From positions 168,020,001 through 168,084,000 of the forward strand of contig OZ024742.1 in the NCBI GenBank assembly GCA_964016885.1: 64,000 nt of DNA, read 5' to 3'. The notes under the pieces were generated by a model. That model worked only from the letters and a program-made list of their open reading frames with translations. It did no database searches and had not been told where the DNA came from. Made by a program: the position numbers and the translations under genes. The stretch is from Eledone cirrhosa. Its lineage: Eukaryota. Shown one piece after another: positions 53,481-64,000 of the stretch. Positions within the stretch are counted from its first letter, which is position 1; the number at the start of each line of letters is the position of its first letter.

Positions 53481-55969
53481 CCATTAAAAATCCATTAAAA
53501 ATCCATTAAAAAAAAATCCATTAAAAAAATCCATTAAAAAAATCCATTTAAAAAATCCATTAAAAAAAATCCATTAAAAAAAATCCATTAAAAAAAAATC
53601 CATTAAAAAAAATCCATTAAAAAAAAATCCGTTAAAAAAATCCATTAAAAACTCAATCAAAAACCCAATTAAAAGGCCATAAAAGAAACATTAAAACAGC
53701 ATTTAAAATACCATTAAAAACGCCATAAAAAATCATTAAAATTGTTTTTTATGAAATTTATAATATGGCTTTTAATAAACTTTTTAATGGGCTTTTAGAA
53801 TCATTAAAATCCCATTAAAAATACATTAAAGGCCCATTAAAAACGCCATAAAAAATCCATTAAAAAAATCCATTAAAAAAAAATTCAATCAAAAACCCAT
53901 AAAAGAAACATTAAAACGGCATTTAAAAAACCCATTAAAAATTCATTAAAAAAATCCATTTAAAAAATCCATTAAAAATCCATTAAAAATCCATTAAAAA
54001 TCCATTAAAAATCCATTTAAAAAAAATCCATTAAAAAAATCCATTAAAAAATCCATTTAAAAAATCCATTAAAAAAAATCCATTAAAAAAAACTCAATCA
54101 AAAACCCATAAAAGAAACATTAAAACAGCATTTAAAAAATCCATTAAAAAAAATCCATTTAAAAAAATCCATTAAAAAAGCCATTAAAAATCCATTAAAA
54201 ATCCATTAAAAATCCATTAAAAATCCATTAAAAATCCATTAAAAATCCATTAAAAATCCATTAAAAATCCATTAAAAAATCCATCTAAAAAAATCCATTA
54301 AAAAAATCCATTAAAAAAATTCATTTAAAAAATCCATTAAAAAAATCCATTTAAAAAATCCATTAAAATAAATCCATTAAAAAAAATCCATAAAAAAAAT
54401 CCATTAAAAAAAATCCATTAAAAAAAATCCGTTAAAAAAATCTATTAAAAATCCATTAAAAATCCATTAAACATCCATTAAAAATCCATTAAAAATCCAT
54501 TAAAAATCCATTAAAAATCCATTAAAAAATCCATTAAAAAAAATCCATTAAAAAAATCCATTAAAAAAATCCATTTAAAAAATCCATTAAAAAAAATCCA
54601 TTAAAAAAAAATCCATTAAAAAAAAAATCCATTAAAAAAAATCCATTAAAAATCCATTAAAAAAATCCATTAAAAAAAATCCATTAAAAACCCATTAAAA
54701 ATCCATTAAAAATCCATTAAAAAATCCATTTAAAAAACCCATTAAAAAAATCCATTAAAAAAATCCATTTAAAAAATCCATTAAAAAAATCCATTTAAAA
54801 AAATCCATTAAAAAAGTCCATTTAAAAAATCCATTAAAAAAATCCATTAAAAAAAATCCTTAAAAAAATCCATTAAAAAAATCCATTAAAAAAATCCATT
54901 AAAAAAATCCATTAAAAAAAATCCATTTAAAAAATCCATTTAAAAAATCCATTAAAAAAATCCATTAAAAAAATCCTTAAAATCCATTAAAAAAATCCAT
55001 TAAAAAAATCCATTAAAACAATCCATTAAAAATCCAAAAAAATCCATTTAAAAAAATCCATTAAAAATCCATTAAAAACCCATTAATAATCCATTAAAAA
55101 TCCATTAAAAATCCATTAAAAAATCCATTTAAAAAACCCATTAAAAAAATCCATTAAAAAAAATCCATTAAAAAAATCCATTAAAAAAAATCCATTTAAA
55201 AAAACCCATTAAAAAAATCCATTAAAAAAATCCATTTAAAAAATCCATTAAAAAATCCATTAAAAAAAAATCCATAAAAAAAATCCATTAAAAAAAATCC
55301 ATTAAAAACTCAATCAAAAACCCAATTAAAAGGCCATAAAAGAAACATTAAAACAGCATTTAAAATACCATTAAAAACGCCATAAAAAATCATTAAAATC
55401 CCATTAAAAATACATTAAACACGCCATAAAAAATCCATTAAAAAAAACTCAATCAAAAACCCATAAAAGAAACATTAAAACATTAAAACCCATTAAAAAT
55501 TCATTAAAAAAATCCATTTAAAAAATCCATTAAAAATCCATTAAAAATTCATTAAAAAATCCATTTAAAAAATCCATTAAAAAAATCCATTTAAAAAATC
55601 CATTAAAAAAAATCCATTTAAAAAAACCCATTAAAAAAATCCATTAAAAAAATCCATTTAAAAAATCCATTAAAAAAAATCCATTAAAAAAAATCCATAA
55701 AAAAAATCCATTAAAAAAAATCCATTAAAAAAAAATCCGTTAAAAAAAATCCATTAAAAACTCAATCAAAAACCCAATTTAAAGGCCATAAAAGAAACAT
55801 TAAAACAGCATTTAAAATACCATTAAAAACGCCATAAAAAATCATTAAAATTGTTTTTTATGAAATTTATAATATGGCTTTTAATGAACTTTTTAATGGG
55901 CTTTTAGAATCATTAAAATCCCATTAAAAATACATTAAAGGCCCATTATAAACGCCATAAAAAATCCAT

Positions 55970-58900
55970 TAAAAAAAATCCATTAAAAAAAAATTCAATC
56001 AAAAACCCATAAAAGAAACATTAAAACAGCATTTAAAAAACCCATTAAAAATTCATTTAAAAAATCCATTTAAAAAATCCATTAAAAATCCATTAAAAAT
56101 CCATTAAAAATCCATTAAAAATCCATTAAAAATCCATTAAAAAAAAATCCATTAAAAAAATCCATTAAAAAATCCATTTAAAAAATCCATTAAAAAAATC
56201 CATTAAATAAAACTCAATCAAAAACCCATAAAAGAAACATTAAAACAACATTTAAAAAATCCATTAAAAAAAAATCCATTTAAAAAAATCCATTAAAAAA
56301 GCCATTAAAAATCCATTAAAAATCCATTAAAAATCCATTAAAAATCCATTAAAAATCCATTAAAAATCCATTAAAAATCCATTAAAAAATCCATTAAAAA
56401 ATCCATTAAAAAAATCCATTAAAAAAATCCATTTAAAAAATCCATTAAAAAAATCCATTTAAAAAATCCATTAAAAAAAATCCATTAAAAAAAATCCATT
56501 AAAAAAAGCCATTAAAAAAAATCCATTAAAAAAAAATCCGTTAAAAAAATTCATTAAAAATCCATTAAAAATCCATTAAAAATCCATTAAAAATCCATTA
56601 AAAATCCATTAAAAATCCATTAAAAAATCCATTTAAAAAAATCCATTAAAAAAATCCATTAAAAAAATCCATTTAAAAAATCCATTAAAAAAAATCCATT
56701 AAAAAAAAATCCATAAAAAAAAAATCCATTAAAAAAAATCAATTTAAAAAAATCCATTAAAAATCCATTAAAAAAATCCATTTAAAAAAAATCCATTAAA
56801 AACCCATTAAAAATCCATTAAAAATCCATTAAAAATCCATTAAAAAATCCATTTAAAAAACCCATTAAAAAAAATCCATTAAAAAAATCCATTTAAAAAA
56901 ATCCATTAAAAAAAATCCATTAAAAAAAACCCATTAAAAAAAATCCATTAAAAAAATCCATTTGAAAAATCCATTAAAAAAATCCATTAAAAAAATCCTT
57001 AAAAAAATCCATTAAAAAAATCCATTAAAAAAATCCATTAAAAAAATCCATTAAAAAAATCCATTAAAAATCCATTAAAAAAATCCATTTAAAAAAATCC
57101 ATTAAAAATCCATTAAAAACCCATTAAAAATCCATTAAAAATCCATTTAAAAAACCCATTAAAAAAATCCATTAAAAAAAATCCATTTAAAAAATCCATT
57201 AAAAGCTCAATCAAAAACCCATTAAAAACGCCATAAAAATGATTAAAATCCCATTAAAGATACATTAAAGGCCCATTAAAAACGCCATAAAAAATCCATT
57301 AAAAAAATCCATTAAAAAAAACTCAATCAAAAATCCATAAAAGAAACATTAAAACAGCATTTAAAAAATCCATTAAAAATCCATTAAAAAAATCCATTTA
57401 AAAAACCCATTAAAAAAAATCCATAAAAAAAAAACTCAATCAAAAACCCATAAAAGAAACATTAAAACAGCATTTAAAAAATCCATTAAAAAAATCCATT
57501 AAAAAAAATCCATTAAAAAATCCATTAAAAATCCATTAAAAATCCATTAAAAATCCATTAAAAATCCATTAAAAAATCCATTTAAAAAAATCCATTAAAA
57601 AAATCCATTAAAAAAATCCATTTAAAAAATCCATTAAAAAAAAATCCATTAAAAAAAAATCCATTCAAAAAAAAATCCATTAAAAAAAATCAATTTAAAA
57701 AAATCCATTAAAAATCCATTAAAAAAATCCATTTTAAAAAATCCATTAAAAACCCATTAAAAATCCATTACAAATCCATTAAAAAATCCATTTAAAAAAC
57801 CCATTAAAAAAATCCATTAAAAAAAATCCATTTAAAAAATGCATTAAAAAAATCCATTAAAAAAAACCCATTAAAAAAAATCCATTAAAAAAAATCCATT
57901 AAAAAATCCATTAAAAACCCATTAAAAATCCATTAAAAATCCATAAAAAATCCATTTAAAAAATCCATTAAAAAAATCCATTTAAAAAAATCCATTAAAA
58001 ACCCAGTAAAAATCCATTAAAAATCCATTAAAAAATCCATTTAAAAAACCCATTAACAAAAATCCATTAAAAAACCCATTTAAAAAATCCATTAAAAAAA
58101 ATCCATTAAAAAAAATCCATTAAAAAAATCCATAAAAAAAAATCCATTAAAAAAAATCCGTTAAAAAAAATCCATTAAAAATCCATTAAAAATCCATTAA
58201 AAATCCATTAAAAAACCATTAAAAATCCATTAAAAAATCCATTTAAAAAAATCCATTAAAAAAATCCATTAAAAAAATCCATTTAAAAAATCCATTAAAA
58301 AAAATCCATTAAAAAAAAATCCATAAAAAAAAAAATGCATTAAAAAAAATCAATTTAAAAAAATCCATTAAAAATCCATTAAAAAAATCCATTTAAAAAA
58401 ATCCATTAAAAACCCATTAAAAATCCATTAAAAATCCATTTAAAAAACCCATTAAAAAAATCCATTAAAAAAAACCCATTAAAAAAAATCCATTAAAAAA
58501 ATCCATTTAAAAAATCCATTAAAAAAAATCCATTAAAAAAAATCCATTAAAAAATCCATTAAAAACCCATTAAAAATCCATTAAAAATCCATTAAAAATC
58601 CATTAAAAATCCATTAAAAAATCCAATAAAAAAAAATTCAATCAAAAACCCATAAAAGAAACATTAAAACAGCATTTAAAAAACCCATTAAAAATTCATT
58701 AAAAAAATCCATTTAAAAAATCCATTAAAAATCCATTAAAAATCCATTAAAAATCCATTAAAAATCCATTAAAAATCCATTAAAAATCCATTTAAAAAAA
58801 TCCATTTAAAAAATCCATCAAAAAAAATCCATTAAAAAAAACTCAATCAAAAACCCATAAAAGAAACATTAAAACAGCATTTAAAAAATCCATTTAAAAA

Positions 58901-61900
58901 AATCCATTAAAAATCCATTAAAAATCCATTAAAAATCCATTAAAAATCCATTAAAAATCCATTAAAAAATCCATTAAAAATCCATTAAAAAAATACATTT
59001 AAAAAAATCCATTAAAAACCCATTAAAAATCCATTAAAAATCCATTAAAAAATCCATTTAAAAAAACCCATTAAAAAAAACCATTTAAAAAATCCATTTA
59101 AAAAAATCCATTAAAAAAAACCCATTAAAAAAAATCCATTAAAAAAATCCATTTAAAAAATCCATTAAAAAAAAATCCATTAAAAAAAATCCATAAAAAA
59201 ATCCATTAAAAAAATCCATTAAAAAAAAATCCATTAAAAAAAATCCATTAAAAATCCATTAAAAAAATCCATTAAAAAAAATCCATTAAAAAATCCATTA
59301 AAAACCCATTAAAAATCCATTAAAAATCCATTAAAAATCAATTAAGAAATCCATTTAAAAAACCCATTAAAAAAATCCATTAAAAAAATCCATTTAAAAA
59401 TCCATTAAAAAAAATCCATTTAAAAAAACCCATTAAAAAAAATCCATTAAAAAAATCCATTTAAAAAATCCATAAAAAAAAATCCATAAAAAAAATCCAT
59501 TAAAAAAAATCCAAAAAAAAATCCGTTAAAAAAAATCCATTAAAAATCCATTAAAAATCCATTAAAAATCCATTAAAAATCCATTAAAAATCCATTTAAA
59601 AAAATCCATTAAAAAAATCCATTAAATAAATCCATTTAAAAAATCCATTAAAAAAAATCCATTAAAAAAAAATCCATTAAAAAAAATCCATTAAAAAAAA
59701 TCAATTTAAAAAAATCCATTAAAAATCCATTAAAAAAATCCATTTAAAAAAATCCATTAAAAACCCATTAAAAATCCATTAAAAAATCCATTTAAAAAAC
59801 CCATTAAAAAAAATCCATTAAAAAAATCCATTTAAAAAATCCTTTAAAAAAAAATCCATTAAAAAAAACCATTAAAAAAAATCCATTAAAAAAATCCATT
59901 TAAAAAATCCATTAAAAAAAATCCATTAAAAAAAACTCAATCAAAAACCCATAAAAGAAACATTAAAACAGCATTTAAAAATCCATTAAAAATCCATTAA
60001 AAAAATCCATTTAAAAAATCCATTAAAAATCCATTAAAAATCCACTAAAAATCCATTAAAAAATCCATTTAAAAAAATCCATTAAAAAAATCCATTTAAA
60101 AAATCCATTAAAAAATCCATTTAAAAAATCCATTAAAAAAAATCCATTAAAAAAAACCATTAAAAAATCCATTAAAAAAAATCCCATTAAAAATACATTA
60201 AAGGCCCATTAAAAACGCCATAAAAAATCCAAAAAAATCCATTAAAAAAAAACTCAATCAAAAACCCATAAAAGAAACATTAAAACAGCATTTAAAAAAC
60301 CCATTAAAAATTCATTAAAAAAAATCCATTTAAAAAATCCATTAAAAAATCCATTAAAAATCCATTAAAAATCCATTAAAAATCCATTAAAAAACCATTA
60401 AAAATCCATTAAAAAATCCATTTAAAAAAATCCATTAAAAAAATCCATTAAAAAAATCCATTTAAAAAATCCATTAAAAAAAATCCATTAAAAAAAATCC
60501 ATTAAAAAAAAATCCATTAAAAAAAATCAATTTAAAAAAATCCATTAAAAATCCATTAAAAAAATCCATTTAAAAAAATCCATTAAAAACCCATTAAAAA
60601 TCCATTAAAAATCCATTAAAAATCCATTTAAAAAACCCATTAAAAAAATCCATTAAAAAAACCCATTAAAAAAAAATCCATTAAAAAAATCCATTTAAAA
60701 AATCCATTAAAAAAAATCCATTAAAAAAAAATCCATTAAAAAATCCATTAAAAACCCATTAAAAATCCATTAAAAATCCATTAAAAATCCATTAAAAAAT
60801 CCAATAAAAAAAAATTCAATCAAAAATCCATAAAAGAAACATTAAAACAGCATTTAAAAAACCCATTAAAAATTCATTAAAAAAATCCATTTAAAAAATC
60901 CATTAAAAATCCATTAAAAATCCATTAAAAATCCATTAAAAATCCATTAAAAATCCATTAAAAATCCATTTAAAAAAATCCATTAAAAAAATCCATTAAA
61001 AAATCCATTTAAAAAATCCATCAAAAAAAATCCATTAAAAAAAACTCAATCAAAAACCCATAAAAGAAACATTAAAACAGCATTTAAAAAATCCATTTAA
61101 AAAAATCCATTAAAAATCCATTAAAAATCCATTAAAAACCCATTAAAAATCCATTAAAAATCCATTAAAAAATCCATTTAAAAAAACCGATTAAAAAAAA
61201 TCCATTAAAAAAAACCATTTAAAAAATCCATTTAAAAAAATCCATTAAAAAAAACCCATTAAAAAAAATCCATTAAAAAAATCCATTTAAAAAATCCATT
61301 AAAAAAAAAATCCATTAAAAAAAATCCATAAAAAAATCCATTAAAAAAATCCATTAAAAAAAATCCATTAAAAAAAATCCATTAAAAATCCATTAAAAAA
61401 ATCCATTTAAAAAAATCCATTAAAAAATCCATTAAAAACCCATTAAATATCCATTAAAAATCCATTTAAAAAACCCATTAAAAAAATCCATTAAAAAAAT
61501 CCATTTAAAAATCCATTAAAAAAAATCCATTTAAAAAAACCCATTAAATAAAATCCATTAAAAAAATCCATTTAAAAAATCCATAAAAAAAAATCCATAA
61601 AAAAAATAAATTAAAAAAAATCCATTAAAAAAAAATCCGTTAAAAAAAATCCATTAAAAATCCATTAAAAATCCATTAAAAATCCATTAAAAATCCATTA
61701 AAAATCCATTTAAAAAAATCCATTAAAAAAATCCATTAAATAAATCCATTTAAAAAATCCATTAAAAAAATCCATTAAAAAAAAATCCATTAAAAAAAAT
61801 CCATTAAAAAAAATCAATTTAAAAAAATCCATTAAAAATCCATTAAAAAAATCCATTTAAAAAAATCCATTAAAAACCCATTAAAAATCCATTAAAAATC

Positions 61901-62535
61901 CATTAAAAAATCCATTTAAAAAACCCATTAAAAAAATCCATTAAAAAAATCCATTTAAAAAATCCATTAAAAAAAAATCCATTAAAAAAACCCATTAAAA
62001 AAAATCCATTAAAAAAATCCATTTAAAAAATCCATTAAAAAAAATCCATTAAAAAAAACTCAATCAAAAACCCATAAAAGAAACATTAAAACAGCATTTA
62101 AAAAACCCATTAAAAATTCATTTAAAAAAATCCATTTAAAAAATCCATTAAAAAATCCATTAAAAATCCATTAAAAATCCATTAAAAATCCATTAAAAAT
62201 CCATTAAAAAATCCATTTAAAAAAATCCATTAAAAAAATTCATTAAAAAAATCCATTTAAAAAATCCATTAAAAAAATCCATTAAAAAAACTCAATCAAA
62301 AACCCATAAAAGAAACATTAAAACAGCATTTAAAAAATCCATTAAAAAAATCCATTTAAAAAAATCCATTAAAAAATCCATTAAAAAATCAAATTAAAAA
62401 ATCCATTAAAAAAATCCATTAAAAAATCCATTTAAAAAATCCATTTAAAAAAATCCATTAAAAAAAATCCATTAAAAAAAATCCATTAAAAAAAATCCAT
62501 TAAAAAAAAAATCCGTTAAAAAAAATCCATTAAAA
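55970..62535 (+). repeat. Cassette-free, more diverged satellite domain 2, homologous to domain 1
   Basis: No inverted segment occurs between the cores at 55853 and 62629. It shares rare markers with domain 1: CCGAT 26238/61189, TCCAAAAAAATCC ~25293/60228, CCATCAAAA, TAAATAAATCC, and the half-cassette at 25247/60182. Confidence 0.86.
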
Positions 62536-64000
62536 ACTCAATCAAAAACCCAATTAAAAGGCCATAAAAGAAACATTAAAACAGCATTTAAAATACCATT
62601 AAAAACGCCATAAAAAATCATTAAAATTGTTTTTTATGAAATTTATAATATGGCTTTTAATGAACTTTTTAATGGGCTTTTAGAATCATTAAAATCCCAT
62701 TAAAAATACATTAAAGGCCCATTAAAAACGCCATAAAAAATCCATGAAAAAAAATCCATTAAAAAAAAATTCAATCAAAAACCCATAAAAGAAACATTAA
62801 AACAGCATTTAAAAAACCCATTAAAAATTCATTAAAAAAATCCATTTAAAAAATCCATTAAAAATCCATTAAAAATCCATTAAAAATCCATTAAAAATAC
62901 ATTAAAAATCCATTAAAAAAAAATCCATTAAAAAATCCATTTAAAAAAATCCATTAAAAAAAACTCAATCAAAAACCCATAAAAGAAACATTAAAACAGC
63001 ATTTAAAAAATCCATTAAAAAAAATCCATTTAAAAAAATCCATTAAAAAAGCCATTAAAAATCCATTAAAAACCCATTAAAAATCCATTAAAAATCCATT
63101 AAAAATCCATTAAAAATCCATTAAAAATCCATTAAAAAATCCATCTAAAAAAATCCATTAAAAAAATCCATTAAAAAAATTCATTTAAAAAATCCATTAA
63201 AAAAATCCATTTAAAAAATCCATTAATAAAAATCCATTAAAAAAATCCATAAAAAAAATCCATTAAAAAAAATCCATTAAAAAAATCCGTTAAAAAAAAT
63301 CCATTAAAAATCCATTGAAAATCCATTAAAAATCCATTAAAAATCCATTAAAAATCTATTAAAAATCCATTAAAAATCCATTAAAAAATCCATTTAAAAA
63401 AATCCATTAAAAAAATCCATTAAAAAATCCATTTAAAAAATCCATTAAAAAAAATCCATTAGAAAAAAATCCATTAAAAAAAAAATCCATTAAAAAAAAT
63501 CAATTTAAAAAAATCCATTAAAAATCCATTAAAAAAATCCATTAAAAAAAATCCATTAAAAACCCATTAAAAATCCATTAAAAATCCATTAAAAATCCAT
63601 TAAAAAATCCATTTAAAAAACCCATTAAAAAAATCCATTAAAAAAATCCATTTAAAAAATCCATTAAAAAAAATCCATTAAAAAAAACCCATTAAAAAAA
63701 ATCCATTTAAAAAATCCATTTAAAAAATCCATTAAAAAAAATCCATTAAAAAAAATCCATAAAAAAATGCATTAAAAAAATCCATTAAAAAAATCCATTA
63801 AAAAAAATCCATTAAAAATCCATTAAAAAAATCCATTTAAAAAAATCCATTAAAAAAAATCCGTTAAAAAAAATCCATTAAAAACTCAATCAAAAACCCA
63901 ATTAAAAGGCCATAAAAGAAACATTAAAACAGCATTTAAAATACCATTAAAAACGCCATAAAAAATCATTAAAATTCTTTTTTATGAAATTTATAATATG

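Larger units (their letters stand above)
1..64000 (+). repeat. Tandem satellite array, monomer TCCATT(A)4-10 (minus strand (T)4-10AATGGA), running off both ends of the window
   Basis: Every line of the window is made of head-to-tail CCATT+A-tract monomers or their variants (CCATTT, CCATA, CCCATT, TTCATT, CCGTT, GCCATT, TCAATTT, CCTT, CCAGT). There is no unique sequence anywhere. Confidence 0.99.

Noticed and set aside
429-63999. CRISPR-like array with the cassette as repeat and the intervening DNA as spacers
   Set aside because: The repeat is ~206 bp, the intervening DNA is 0.3-6 kb of satellite and not unique sequence, and there are no cas genes or leader.
1-64000. Protein-coding ORFs, e.g. 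Lys/Ile/His/Pro-rich repeats on + or Phe/Leu/Met-rich repeats on -
   Set aside because: TTAA in nearly every monomer puts TAA on both strands, and variable monomer lengths rotate it through all frames, so no long ORF is plausible.
1-64000. Identity with human HSat2/3 (CATTC)n because of the shared TCCATT
   Set aside because: Only a hexamer is shared. The A-tract spacers and 10-16-bp period do not match the 5-bp ATTCC periodicity.
1-64000. Pure sequencing or assembly artefact from homopolymer noise
   Set aside because: A-tract length series and rare variants recur at constant kb-scale offsets, which random error would not produce. Copy number of the youngest duplications still needs read support.
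1-64000. TAATG stop-start overlaps on the minus strand suggesting translational coupling
   Set aside because: This is a trivial consequence of the monomer sequence, and the resulting ORFs are only a few codons long.

Overview
The whole 64-kb window is one very AT-rich, strand-asymmetric satellite array; the + strand has almost no G. The basic monomer is TCCATT(A)4-10, 10-16 bp long, and the commonest form is the 11-mer TCCATTAAAAA. I can support no CDS, RNA gene, CRISPR array or autonomous mobile element. The array has four levels of structure. (1) Monomers whose A-tract lengths and point variants are copied faithfully between repeats. (2) A conserved ~206-bp cassette of diverged monomers, about 41 copies by eye. 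It holds a 56-bp segment in reverse orientation, flanked by a 12-bp direct repeat, and can fold back on its neighbours. About 11 'empty' cassettes lack exactly that segment plus one repeat, and a 41-bp mini-module is also frequent. (3) Higher-order duplications of about 1.5, 2.5, 2.64, 3.11 and 6 kb. (4) Alternating cassette-rich and cassette-free domains at the 25-35 kb scale. The pattern fits eukaryotic heterochromatic DNA (centromeric, pericentromeric or subtelomeric), but organism and chromosomal position cannot be read from the sequence. All counts and offsets were read manually, and all functional ideas are hypotheses.
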